This document shows, one piece after another, positions 20,517 through 30,893 of a DNA stretch of 64,000 nucleotides. The notes under the pieces were generated by a model. It had not been told where the DNA came from. It saw only the letters and a program-made list of their open reading frames with translations, and searched no databases. Both the position numbers and the translations under genes were made by a program. The DNA is from a virus. The stretch lies in IMG/VR virus record IMGVR_UViG_3300021963_000102, positions 7,098 to 71,097 of that record. One strand, given 5' to 3'. Every line of letters starts with the position of its first letter. Within the stretch, counting starts at the first letter, position 1.

Positions 20517-23500
20517 TTATTGGTATTTATCTAACCATCCACCCTTGGTTGGTTTGTTATAGTTTGTAAAGTTAAGTGATTGGTCCAGCTTCTCAATAGG
20601 TTGAGCATCAGCATTATTCACACCACCATTCCTCTGTTTCTTCTTGCTCTCAATAAACTTCTTTCCGTATTCAGGAACACCCATCCTCTCATAGTCTTCA
20701 GGCTTCACAAATACAGTGTCTCCTTGTGGTGTTTTATATCCTACAAACGCAGCACCTCCACCATATGGAGTGGGAGCAAATACAGAAGATCCTTGGAAGT
20801 AGTCTGTTAAAACGGGTTTAGGTTGTTCCGTTTTTATTGTTTCTACTGGTAACTCTTTAACCTTTTTACTAACATAACGATTAAACAAACCACGTGAACG
20901 AGGATCATCTTCAGAATATGGATGTTTAGGTTTTGCTTTTATATCCTTTGAGCTATATATTTTATCACCCTTCTGAGCTACAGGATACTCTGTTACATAT
21001 TCACCATCAAATTCATAATCCTCTCCAGGCTCCATATATTGTACATCTCCTGTATCAGATATACCAATGAGTGGTTCATACACTCCCTCCATAGTGATGT
21101 CTGTGGATGGGATGATAACAGGATTGCCCCAGTTCTCAGGGTTCCAATATCCCATAGGATCTACATTACCACCATCTTGAAGTTGCATTCCAGGACGCAT
21201 TCTATTTACATAACGTCTAATTTGTTCCATACTTAGAGGCTGTACATCTTCTTGTTCAAAAGATGTAATATTAGAAGTTGTAGGACGTGTTGTCAATCTC
21301 ATTTCCCTTGGTGCTCCTCCTCCCTGTGGAATAAGTCCTATTAAAGGTCTTTGTATTCCTGATACATCATTTAACCTAGCTGCTGGTATATTGCTTCCTA
21401 TTGCTCTGTTAACATCGCTAATAGCTGAGTTAGCCATCTTGCTCTCAATCATTAGATTCTTTAACAATCTAGGATTGATGGGATCACGATAGGCTAACAC
21501 TAAATTTAAATCATCTTGGTTTAATGTTGATAGATTACGTTTACCAAGTGTTTGTTGAACCCTATCAAGATATTGTTGTCTTACATCATTTGCCTGAACA
21601 ATACCAGCAGACTCATTTGCATAGCTTGGAAAAATACTACCTATATCATTGGACATTGGTACAGGTGTGGCATTTAATCTCTCAGCCATTGGTACTGCTC
21701 TCATGGCCATTTCATAACTGTCAGCACTCATGCTTCCTGATCCAATAAATGTCTTACCTATATTACTAGGGTCTCCAAACACCTCGCTTCTTCTTTCAAG
21801 TATTCTTCTTGAAACATCATCTTTAGCTGCAGCTCTTTGAGCTTCTGTAGGTAAACTACTATAAGGTCTTCTGAATAGAGTGGGAAATATATCATTTGCA
21901 CCACTTATATTGCCACGATACATAGAATATGCATCACTTAATTCAAACTGCTGACGAGCATCCTTTGCTTTTACTGCCATATCTACTACACTCCTTCTAA
22001 GTTGATTTCCCAGAAAGTTTGATCCAAAACGTGGTTCTCCAAGAACACCTCTCAATCTTAAAGCCTCAGGGATATCTCTATAGTTTTCTGCTAGTGAAAA
22101 TAGGTCTCTTGCTGCTGTATACTCAGCTATGGGATTAGCCACTGTTGATCCTCTACGTGTATCATAAAGGGTGTTTAACATCTGAATCTTTTGATTCTCT
22201 GGAATGTTAAGACCATATAAGAATGGCACAACATCTCTTGCAGATAGGTTCTGAGTGTTTTCAAGTAGCCATTGAGCAGAACGTGGATTATCTCTAAATC
22301 CAGTTGTTCTTCCTACATCTATTGCAACATCTCCAAGCTCTTTTATGTAATTACGTTGTTGTTTTGTAAAAGACACCTTAGAGGGATCCACTTCTGTTAA
22401 CACCCTTGCCATCTCATCAATGGTTTGCATTGGGAGATTTGGATTAGTGATGGCTGCTGCGTAAGCAGGATCTGCTTGAGCTAGTCCTCTAGTGGAAGCT
22501 ATTTGCTCACCTACGTTTCTAAATGCTTCTCTAGCTGCTGGTGTTTCTATTAATTCTTTAACACGGTTTACACTCTCTGTAAAAGTTGAAACATTAATTG
22601 GATCAACTGTGCCTGATTTTTTATAGAAAAGTAGGGGTGCAGCTGTCATAGCTTTTAATCCTACACCTTTTGACATTAGTCCTAACCCTTTCAATCCTCC
22701 AACAACTCCCTTTGTCAAAGCTGCAGGTGCTCCTACATCAGCAACATCTATTACATCAGATAGGACATTTGTTGCTCCTTCTGCTACACCTTGTAAGCTT
22801 CCTCGTGTGAATGGTTCTACATAACGCTGTTGAGGAAACATAACATTGGAAGCCACTGCGCCTGGGGCTGTCATTATGTCTCTAGCAATGTTCATAGCAG
22901 TTCCTAAAACTGGTACATCATTGCTATAGTCGTAGTTTCTTAAAAGGTTCTTACCTCTTAACATTCTGGTTTTCAGAGAGTTATCACTAGCCAAATCACG
23001 TTGTTCCTCTAAAGAAAGTTCTGGGTTGTAATTAGGATTGTTCTCTATTAGAGTTTTTGTAACGTTCTCATATTTAACAGCATCAGAAACATGCTTTGGC
23101 CATTTAGAAGGATCTTTAGCTAATTGTTTAAGTTCTTTGTCATCGTATAGTTTAAGAGCAGGATTGCTTCTTAAAGCTTCATATGTAGTGTTAGCTTTCT
23201 CTTGTTTATCTCTTTGCTGAGTGGCTGCAATGTTTGCAGACATTCTAGGATCTATCTTAGGACCTCTTAAATCTCCTGTAGCTCTAGGAATAAGTTTTAA
23301 ACCATCTTGACTAATAGTCTTAGGTCTGAAATCTAGTCCTTCTTGATAGTATTTCATCTCCTGTCCATTCTGTGCACTAGCCTTGGTCTTCTTAGCATAA
23401 GGACCATTAGATGGAGCAGGGTTGATTGTACGTGCGTACATCATTCCTGTAGCACCAGGAAGGTTACCACCCATAGCAAACTGTCCACCCCATGCAGGAC

Positions 23501-24545
23501 TGTAGTTACGTCCTTTTGTGTTATATCCTAGTCCTACAAATCCAGGAGGTAGGCTTACATCAGAGTTGTTAGCATTAGGTTTTGTTCCGTAGTTATCTTG
23601 CTTCTTTTGCTTTAACACTAGTCCTCCTTGCTCATACTTATCTAACCATCCACCATTCTCATTCTTAGGAAGATTCATAAATTCCAACGGAGAAATTTTG
23701 TAGTCTTTAGGATATTCTCTTACTAGTTCTTTATATTTTTCTTTAGCCTTGCTTTTCAGGAAATCTTCATACGTCTTAAATTTAGCCATTTCTGATTTAG
23801 AAACATAAGGACTTGCACTACTTTTCCACTCAGATCCTCCAGGTACATTTTTAAACTCTTTAACATGACTCTTTCTCATGTCAAATAAAACAGACTCTGG
23901 ATTTAACTTTTGTAAATTTATCACAGGTTCGGGATGAATACCATGATAAAGTCTCATATCTTCTTCTAAAGCTTGTTGAGCCTTGTACCTTTTTAAATCT
24001 TCTGGTGAGAATCTCCAAGCTTCATTATCTCTTAATGCCTCTCTAGTCTTACTGAAGCGATCAATATTACGTTTAGAACTAATGTATCCTTCAGTCATTG
24101 CCTTTTCAGCCCTAGGATCAGTCAGCAAATCTGATGTGTATACTACAGATTTTTTACCAGCACTACTGGCAGCTTTTGTAGCTTTTGTAGCTTTTGATGC
24201 TTTTCCTGCTAGTCCTGCTCCTAAAAGATTTACAGGATCAAGAAGGATGTCTGTAGCTATTGCACCAGCTTTGTTCTTGATTCCTATAGCTTCAGAAGGA
24301 GTTTGATACTCTCCTGTAAATAGTTTTGTAATAGCTCTTTGAGGAAAGGCAAGTGCATCAGATAGTCTATCCATCATATTAGAGGGAAGAGCTGTAAGCA
24401 TTGTTCCAATCTGTGCCTTGTAGGGCTCAGCTCCTCCAGCAATAGCACCAAAGAACTTACGTTGCTTCTCAGTGAGAGGCTTCCCATGCACGCTCTTGTC
24501 GTGTAGGATTTTCCTTGCTTTTTTGGATGTGAGCTTCTTTGCCAT
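20517..24545 (-). CDS. Modular internal virion protein
   Basis: 1,342 aa. Basic N-terminus, repeated QxGG motifs, GGWLDKY twice, and an ITMEGV...MEPGEDYEFDGEYVTEYP domain. Confidence 0.65.
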   Translation of the reverse strand: MAKKLTSKKARKILHDKSVHGKPLTEKQRKFFGAIAGGAEPYKAQIGTMLTALPSNMMDRLSDALAFPQRAITKLFTGEYQTPSEAIGIKNKAGAIATDILLDPVNLLGAGLAGKASKATKATKAASSAGKKSVVYTSDLLTDPRAEKAMTEGYISSKRNIDRFSKTREALRDNEAWRFSPEDLKRYKAQQALEEDMRLYHGIHPEPVINLQKLNPESVLFDMRKSHVKEFKNVPGGSEWKSSASPYVSKSEMAKFKTYEDFLKSKAKEKYKELVREYPKDYKISPLEFMNLPKNENGGWLDKYEQGGLVLKQKKQDNYGTKPNANNSDVSLPPGFVGLGYNTKGRNYSPAWGGQFAMGGNLPGATGMMYARTINPAPSNGPYAKKTKASAQNGQEMKYYQEGLDFRPKTISQDGLKLIPRATGDLRGPKIDPRMSANIAATQQRDKQEKANTTYEALRSNPALKLYDDKELKQLAKDPSKWPKHVSDAVKYENVTKTLIENNPNYNPELSLEEQRDLASDNSLKTRMLRGKNLLRNYDYSNDVPVLGTAMNIARDIMTAPGAVASNVMFPQQRYVEPFTRGSLQGVAEGATNVLSDVIDVADVGAPAALTKGVVGGLKGLGLMSKGVGLKAMTAAPLLFYKKSGTVDPINVSTFTESVNRVKELIETPAAREAFRNVGEQIASTRGLAQADPAYAAAITNPNLPMQTIDEMARVLTEVDPSKVSFTKQQRNYIKELGDVAIDVGRTTGFRDNPRSAQWLLENTQNLSARDVVPFLYGLNIPENQKIQMLNTLYDTRRGSTVANPIAEYTAARDLFSLAENYRDIPEALRLRGVLGEPRFGSNFLGNQLRRSVVDMAVKAKDARQQFELSDAYSMYRGNISGANDIFPTLFRRPYSSLPTEAQRAAAKDDVSRRILERRSEVFGDPSNIGKTFIGSGSMSADSYEMAMRAVPMAERLNATPVPMSNDIGSIFPSYANESAGIVQANDVRQQYLDRVQQTLGKRNLSTLNQDDLNLVLAYRDPINPRLLKNLMIESKMANSAISDVNRAIGSNIPAARLNDVSGIQRPLIGLIPQGGGAPREMRLTTRPTTSNITSFEQEDVQPLSMEQIRRYVNRMRPGMQLQDGGNVDPMGYWNPENWGNPVIIPSTDITMEGVYEPLIGISDTGDVQYMEPGEDYEFDGEYVTEYPVAQKGDKIYSSKDIKAKPKHPYSEDDPRSRGLFNRYVSKKVKELPVETIKTEQPKPVLTDYFQGSSVFAPTPYGGGAAFVGYKTPQGDTVFVKPEDYERMGVPEYGKKFIESKKKQRNGGVNNADAQPIEKLDQSLNFTNYNKPTKGGWLDKYQ

Positions 24546-25411
24546 TATTTATAAGAGATTTGGGCAGGTGTAAAGATGAATTGGCTAACCAGATGCACAT
24601 CAGACTTATTATCCAATATGTGCCTCACCTTCAGGTCTTTAGCTCTTAGAGGTTCCTTCTTGAAGGATCTCTTACCATAGTCCATATTAACCTGGTTTAC
24701 CACCTTATCCAAGGATAGAGATTCACAAGTGGTTAGGAACAGTGGAATAGATTTATTCTTTACCAGTGACCAGAAGGTGTTATACTGGTAGAAGTTATCA
24801 CTCTTTGTGAATGTAATTGTTTTACTCTCAGTGTTATATATAGGATATTTTAAGTATTCGTTGAGGTTGTTGATGGGCTTTGGAACCAGTTCAAGCACAC
24901 CTGTGCTTTGCTGACCGTTGTATAATACAGCTTTGTTAAACCATTCATTGTCAACCTCAATCCTATCGTTATCATTAAATACACCAGTAGTAGATAAAAA
25001 GTACCTATAAGCCTTGGTGTAGTCTTTAACACATTGAAGAATCTCATCATAATAGGAATAGCTGAACGGATACTCAATAATATAGGGTTCGATGTTTCCA
25101 TAAAATTTGTTGTAATTTACCACATCTGTCAAGTGTCTCCATACACAAGAGCTAAGCTTTTGTGTAAACGTGAGGGTCACTTGCTCATCAGGTGTCACCT
25201 GAGAGATGGGGAAGTTGATAACTTTCTTACAAGCACCCACCGACTGAATGATAATCACTGTAGCATCATCAGCCACACTATAGCTCACCCCTTCTATTAG
25301 CACACTCTTGGGCACATTTGTAGCTATAACATTTCCAAGGTTGTCAGAAATATTAAAGGGCCCAGATTTGGGGGAAGCTTTGGTGAGTTTTATATACACT
25401 ACTTGTGCCAT
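24545..25411 (-). CDS. Probable C-terminal portion of the tail stabilisation/muzzle protein with an N-terminal GPFN domain
   Basis: Likely ATG at 25411 (MAQVVYIKL), 288 aa, 7 nt after the muzzle stop; contains VWRH...FYGNIEPYIIEYP. Confidence 0.6.
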   Translation of the reverse strand: MAQVVYIKLTKASPKSGPFNISDNLGNVIATNVPKSVLIEGVSYSVADDATVIIIQSVGACKKVINFPISQVTPDEQVTLTFTQKLSSCVWRHLTDVVNYNKFYGNIEPYIIEYPFSYSYYDEILQCVKDYTKAYRYFLSTTGVFNDNDRIEVDNEWFNKAVLYNGQQSTGVLELVPKPINNLNEYLKYPIYNTESKTITFTKSDNFYQYNTFWSLVKNKSIPLFLTTCESLSLDKVVNQVNMDYGKRSFKKEPLRAKDLKVRHILDNKSDVHLVSQFIFTPAQISYK

Positions 25412-25418
25412 GTTCAAT

Positions 25419-28400
25419 TTATAAAGGTGGAAGTGTTGTTGTTGTAGTGGTGGTGCCACATGTATTTCCACAATAATCACCCTGTGTAGCTGTTCCAAAT
25501 CCAAATGTAAATGTTACACTACCCTCAACAGCGCATAGTATGTTATAACTTCCATCAACACCTATGCTATCAGTTTGTGTAAATCCTTGACAATCAATCC
25601 ATTGGAACGTAGCTCCTAGCTCAGAAGTGACAGTGTATTCATAACAATCATCACAACCAGGAGCTAGTGTAGTGGTGGTAGTGGTTGTACACTCTTCACA
25701 ATCTGAATCTTGTGTACAAGGTGTTCCACAGAGTGTAATAATCACTCCAGGATCAGAATAAGGAACTATCTGTGTGCTAACACATATGTTGATAACTTGT
25801 CCTGCTTCTACAGGAGTGTAAGATAGCTGACTAGCATCACACTTGTAAGAAGCTACAAGGTGAGTGATTTCATTAGAATTGTATACAACATAACACTCAC
25901 AAGGATAGGCAGTTGTTGTTGTAGTGGTTGTGCTTGTACTAGTGGTGGTGGTTGTGGTTATTTCACAAGCCTCACCCTCTAGGTCACAACCAGTGAAAGC
26001 TGTTGTGGTGGTAGTAGTAGTGATGCATCCTGAACCAACTAATGTTACATTTAGTCCTTTAGCTGCAGCATATATCTCATCTCCACATACACAAACTGTT
26101 TGAATTTCACCGCCTATAATAGGAGTGCTGTTCTGTGGTTGATTGTTGCAATCTATATAGTCATAATAAAGTGTCTCAGAAGATTGATTCTCAACAGAAT
26201 ATGTAGTGCACTCACACTCAAATTGTGTTGTTGTAGTGGTGGTTGTATTAGGAACAGGATTACCCACTACAGCCTCAAAGTCAGCACAGCAATCATTCAC
26301 TCCTGAATAGAAGAAGTTGTTCTCAGCTATATAGAAGTTAGGAATGTAGCTATGGAAGCTTATCCAGCTCTTAGTGTTGAAGTTGAAAGACAGGGTCCAG
26401 CTCTTGTTACAGAAGTATTCTGAGTCTGTCAGATACACCTGCTTTCTAATAATCTCTGTGCCATCACAGCATTCCACCTCTTCTTCTAGATAGAAGTTGA
26501 AGTCTGTGTCATCATAAACAATATTATTCAGCTTAGGGATGTAGTCAAGCTTAGTAATGATGACACGGTCAAACTTGCTATCATACACACCATGGAGTCC
26601 TACACCATTGAAATGGTTATCCACATCCACTTTAGGGAAGTAACGCAAGATTTCAAAAGCTAGATGGTCTGTAAAGAACCTGTTCATTCCTGATCCAAAT
26701 GCTGACAAGTCTTGCACCTGATTACCAGCAATAAGAAACACTTGTCCACGCTTAGCATCTATTGTTATCTGTCCTTGTGGTATCTTCAGAAGCATCTTGT
26801 TTTGAGAGCCCACATATCCTAAATCAGTTTCTGCAAAGTCAATAGGAGGAGCACTTGTAAACAAAGAAGGATTACCTATATAGGCAGCCTGTGGATTGCT
26901 AGTGTTGATAGTGAGAAGCGTGTTGTATAACAAGCTCTTGTTCTCAAAACGAGCTAGAATAGCCTTGTTCTGTATACCATCTAAGCTCACTAGAGGTCCA
27001 TAGTTCTGAGGGAAGTCAAAGAAAGAAGAAGCTCTATAAATCAACCAGTTGTTTGCATTTGGTGATGTGGTGAGTTCTTGGCTATCAGAATAGATGGTTC
27101 TGAATGGGAAGTTGGTGAAACATACACTCTTCCAATCATAAGGAAGATGGGTGAATGTATTTTCTTTATTTTGCTTAGAGAATGTAGTGTTATAATAATA
27201 GGTGTTATCCTGAGCAATAGACACATAGTCTTCTTGCACCCAATCATCAGGAATACCTGTACTTACGTGAGGCCAGAAGTCACCTTCTCTATTGTTAAAT
27301 GCTTGACGTAGATCAACATTGTAGGAGCTCTCACAATAGAAATAAGGCACACCATACGCAAACAAATACATCTTACCATCATAATATGTTCTACCAGGAC
27401 TGGTGATAGGAGTTTGACTATTAGGACAGTCTAGGTTGTTAGCCTTAATAGATATGAAGTTTGTAAGTGTTTGTGGTCCAGCCACTGCTGTTGTAAGAAT
27501 AGAACGTCCTGAGTGCCAGTATACAGGATAGGCTACATTACCTATTTCATCAAAGAATATATCACTATCATCAGGAGCATTCACACGGTTATCTATAAAG
27601 AAAGGCAGTTTGGTCTTGAAAGCAAACTTGCTGATAAATGTATCTCCTCCAAAGAATGTAGCTACAATAGGACCTGTGAGAGGAGTGATGTCTCTTTGGA
27701 ATCCTGTATCCACTGTGTCATAAGAATACATCTGTCCATATTGATTGACAAATATGTTCTTAAGAGATCCATAATAAGAGATGACACTTATATACTGTTC
27801 TTGAGCAGGGGTGCCACATGTTCCAGACTCACTAAGAGTTGTTCTAGATCTATCGTTTACAAGTCCTGAGATGGTAGGAGTTTGGTTAGGGAAAGGAAGA
27901 GCTGGTCTGTTTGACTTAGTCTTTAGATAGACAGAACTCTCTCTGCTCCAGTTGTTTACATTCTTATCATCACCCACTCCCTGCACACCAGGAATTAGAT
28001 ATTGTTTTAATTCTAGCTCACGCTGCTTCACTCCTAATCCATTGTTAATCAAGTTACTATAGTCATAGCTTGCTATAGAATTGTAGGAATAAGCGTAGTT
28101 GCGTCTAGTGATACCATTTACATAAATAGTTAGATAGGCTTGATAGGCAGCAAATAATGCTGATGCATTGTAGTCAGTGGTGATAGCTGCTATATTGTTT
28201 GCACTGTTTAGTGCATCTTGTTGAGCCTCAGCACTTAGCAGTCTGTACATTGCATTCTTCTGCACTTGTACAAAATGGGATTTTCCAGCACCAAATATTA
28301 CGTTCTCTAGTTTTAAAACGCCTCCTAAGAAAGGTTGACCAAATGAGGTTTCTGGAGAGTTGAATACATGTCTGTATTTAGATGAAGGATCATCAAAAGC

Positions 28401-30887
28401 ATCTAGTTTGTCTGGATAACAATCGTTAATTCCCACTGAACGTACATACTCCACTTTAAATGTTGTACCTGTGCCTAGATTGCTTTGAGCAAATGTAGGT
28501 GGTGTAAGCGATGCAATTAAAAAAGAATAGCTACCTGATCCACCAGTGTCTGTTGTTACATACTGATTATTTAAGTCAAGAGGCTCATTTAAGAATAAAC
28601 CACAGCATGGATTTGTATTATTGAGTGCACAATATTTAGTCCATCCATCAATATCAGTGGACATACTATATCCCGTAGGAGCAGCAATAACATTTCCTTG
28701 AGTTAAACCACATCTGGAAATTGGCCAAACTAGTCTAAATACAACAGTTTGTGGCGTAGAAGGAACTAAATCAATTGTGATCTTATATACATTATAAGTG
28801 TTTGATCCCATTGCTCCATCAGCACCTCCATTAAACTTTGGTGCAGGATAGTCCAAAGCACAAAGTTTGATGATGGTTTTCACCTCTGATGGAAGAATAG
28901 TTCTACTAGCTATCTCTCCTGTATAACAGTCAATGTAATCAATTGTACCAGGTGCTGTAGGGTAGATACTAAAGTTTCTACATATAGATGTATTACTTGT
29001 CGCAGCAAGAGGAATGGTGTAAGCATTGCTCTTTTCAAGTAAGAATGGATCTTGTCTTAGGTCATTGTAAGGATAGTTGGGGAAATAGTATTCTGTACCC
29101 TCTCTATCATACTTACCTACGTTTCTAAGGATACCCTTAGCTACAATAGATTTGTTTGTGCTTCTATCACCACGTATAATCTTAAAGCCAGCTATCTCAC
29201 TTTTTTGTTCAGCAGTGAGATTGGAAGAGTTGATTAGAGATTGCACCTGCTGTACATCTATTCTTACACCCAGTGGGAATACAGCATCTTTCTGCATCAC
29301 CATTGAGTTTTCTCCTGTAAATAAAGCAGACTCAAATATAGGGCTCACCAGCACATCTGGGAACTTATGGTGTCTGATGGGTTGACCAGCTAAGTTTCCC
29401 CATAATTCTTCATTACAAGGGTATTCTTCTGTAGATTGCCAGTAGCTAAATTCACCATTCTGGTAAGGTCCTTTGTAATCTACAGCAGGAGAATATCCTG
29501 GAGAGAATCCTGTAACAGTGGCTGTGTTGTATATCTTCCAATAAGGGCTAGTGTTTGCAATAGGATCTTCAGGATCACCTATGAAATCATCATTTGCTGT
29601 AGAAACAGGAAATAGATCATTAGCATTAGCAAGTCTTCCTGGGATGTGAAATCCATCAGTTTGTTTACCGTTCTTAAGAAGGAACACTAATTCAAATGCA
29701 TACACCTCATCTCTTAAATAGCCTCTGAGGTTGGTGGCATTAAACTCATCCGCATAGGTTTGTGTATTAGGAATCCTATAAGTTTCCCATTGAAGAGTGA
29801 CACCACTAGCAATTTGCTGGTAGTTGATTCTTTCTATGGAGGTGAGTTGGTCCCATACTAATATATCACGTACAGCTGTAACATCTTGAGCCACCTCATA
29901 ATAAGGAAACTTCTCAAAGATGTCATTCACTGTTAAGCGAATATCAGTTTTGTTTTGACCTGTGTAAGTGATCACCTGTGATAGGGTGTCAATGAAATAA
30001 GTGCCTATGAGCTCAACAGAGGTGATACCATTTATGGTTTTAATCACTGCTATGTTGAAATGCTGATAGAGTCCAGATCCTTCTAAGTTGCTGACAGTGA
30101 GTTCAATAGACCTACCTACAGGATAGTTGAAATTGGGAGTGGTTAGACTTGGATCAGCAACAGGAGTGGGATTGGTCACTGAGTAATATGATGTAAGAGG
30201 ATTACCATTAGCATCACAATACTGAATAGCAAATTGGTATGTACCAGCAATAAGCTCACCCCCTGTAGTGATGTTAGTCACTTCAAGCTGGGGAACCTGA
30301 AAGTTGGGCTGTACATTTAGTCCGTTACAATCTATTTGGTCACTGTATATAGGATCACAGGCTGGTGTTCCTGATATAAGAATATAGGGAAGATTCTCAG
30401 GATTTAGGTCAATATATCTTCTGGGATTGAGACCATCTGTCCAATACACTTCTGTATTACACTCTGTGATTCTGTGGACAGCCTTATGAATAGGATGGTC
30501 AATGTTAAAATTGAGACAAGGAGCATTTACATATGTATGATAGATGCAGTCGTTATTATCCATATACCCAATCTCAGAACCACCTGTGTCAGGATTGGTA
30601 ATAAAGAATACATGTTTATTTCTTTCTGGAATGAAATGCTCACCAATAAGCACATATCCATCAGGGAAGCTAAGACAGAATACATTCCCTGGCTCATTCT
30701 GATAGTTAACAGAATTTGAGTCAAAGTTCTCAACAGCAGCATTCAATGCATACGTTAGCTGACCTTTGGGAATCTGCGTAACAGATTGATCCATGTTAAG
30801 GCCAACGGTAGCATTGTTAGATTCTTGGACAACATTACTTCTGTTGGCACCAAGAATGTTTTTTATTTGTTCTAATTCATCTGCCAT
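25419..30887 (-). CDS. Tail stabilisation/muzzle protein (P22 gp10-like beta-propeller) with Cys-rich repeats and poly-Thr linkers
   Basis: 1,822 aa. GLNMD...YALNA N-terminus, VYWTDGLNPRRYID, GYLRDEVYAF and SWISFHSY motifs; follows the tail ring genes. Confidence 0.75.
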   Translation of the reverse strand: MADELEQIKNILGANRSNVVQESNNATVGLNMDQSVTQIPKGQLTYALNAAVENFDSNSVNYQNEPGNVFCLSFPDGYVLIGEHFIPERNKHVFFITNPDTGGSEIGYMDNNDCIYHTYVNAPCLNFNIDHPIHKAVHRITECNTEVYWTDGLNPRRYIDLNPENLPYILISGTPACDPIYSDQIDCNGLNVQPNFQVPQLEVTNITTGGELIAGTYQFAIQYCDANGNPLTSYYSVTNPTPVADPSLTTPNFNYPVGRSIELTVSNLEGSGLYQHFNIAVIKTINGITSVELIGTYFIDTLSQVITYTGQNKTDIRLTVNDIFEKFPYYEVAQDVTAVRDILVWDQLTSIERINYQQIASGVTLQWETYRIPNTQTYADEFNATNLRGYLRDEVYAFELVFLLKNGKQTDGFHIPGRLANANDLFPVSTANDDFIGDPEDPIANTSPYWKIYNTATVTGFSPGYSPAVDYKGPYQNGEFSYWQSTEEYPCNEELWGNLAGQPIRHHKFPDVLVSPIFESALFTGENSMVMQKDAVFPLGVRIDVQQVQSLINSSNLTAEQKSEIAGFKIIRGDRSTNKSIVAKGILRNVGKYDREGTEYYFPNYPYNDLRQDPFLLEKSNAYTIPLAATSNTSICRNFSIYPTAPGTIDYIDCYTGEIASRTILPSEVKTIIKLCALDYPAPKFNGGADGAMGSNTYNVYKITIDLVPSTPQTVVFRLVWPISRCGLTQGNVIAAPTGYSMSTDIDGWTKYCALNNTNPCCGLFLNEPLDLNNQYVTTDTGGSGSYSFLIASLTPPTFAQSNLGTGTTFKVEYVRSVGINDCYPDKLDAFDDPSSKYRHVFNSPETSFGQPFLGGVLKLENVIFGAGKSHFVQVQKNAMYRLLSAEAQQDALNSANNIAAITTDYNASALFAAYQAYLTIYVNGITRRNYAYSYNSIASYDYSNLINNGLGVKQRELELKQYLIPGVQGVGDDKNVNNWSRESSVYLKTKSNRPALPFPNQTPTISGLVNDRSRTTLSESGTCGTPAQEQYISVISYYGSLKNIFVNQYGQMYSYDTVDTGFQRDITPLTGPIVATFFGGDTFISKFAFKTKLPFFIDNRVNAPDDSDIFFDEIGNVAYPVYWHSGRSILTTAVAGPQTLTNFISIKANNLDCPNSQTPITSPGRTYYDGKMYLFAYGVPYFYCESSYNVDLRQAFNNREGDFWPHVSTGIPDDWVQEDYVSIAQDNTYYYNTTFSKQNKENTFTHLPYDWKSVCFTNFPFRTIYSDSQELTTSPNANNWLIYRASSFFDFPQNYGPLVSLDGIQNKAILARFENKSLLYNTLLTINTSNPQAAYIGNPSLFTSAPPIDFAETDLGYVGSQNKMLLKIPQGQITIDAKRGQVFLIAGNQVQDLSAFGSGMNRFFTDHLAFEILRYFPKVDVDNHFNGVGLHGVYDSKFDRVIITKLDYIPKLNNIVYDDTDFNFYLEEEVECCDGTEIIRKQVYLTDSEYFCNKSWTLSFNFNTKSWISFHSYIPNFYIAENNFFYSGVNDCCADFEAVVGNPVPNTTTTTTTQFECECTTYSVENQSSETLYYDYIDCNNQPQNSTPIIGGEIQTVCVCGDEIYAAAKGLNVTLVGSGCITTTTTTTAFTGCDLEGEACEITTTTTTSTSTTTTTTTAYPCECYVVYNSNEITHLVASYKCDASQLSYTPVEAGQVINICVSTQIVPYSDPGVIITLCGTPCTQDSDCEECTTTTTTTLAPGCDDCYEYTVTSELGATFQWIDCQGFTQTDSIGVDGSYNILCAVEGSVTFTFGFGTATQGDYCGNTCGTTTTTTTLPPL

Positions 30888-30893
30888 TTCCTA

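Noticed and set aside
25419-26260. Thr-codon tracts as CRISPR array, microsatellite or DGR target
   Set aside because: Third positions are mixed and the tracts lie inside ORFs; there is no repeat-spacer periodicity, and I saw no reverse transcriptase or TR/VR pair in the window.
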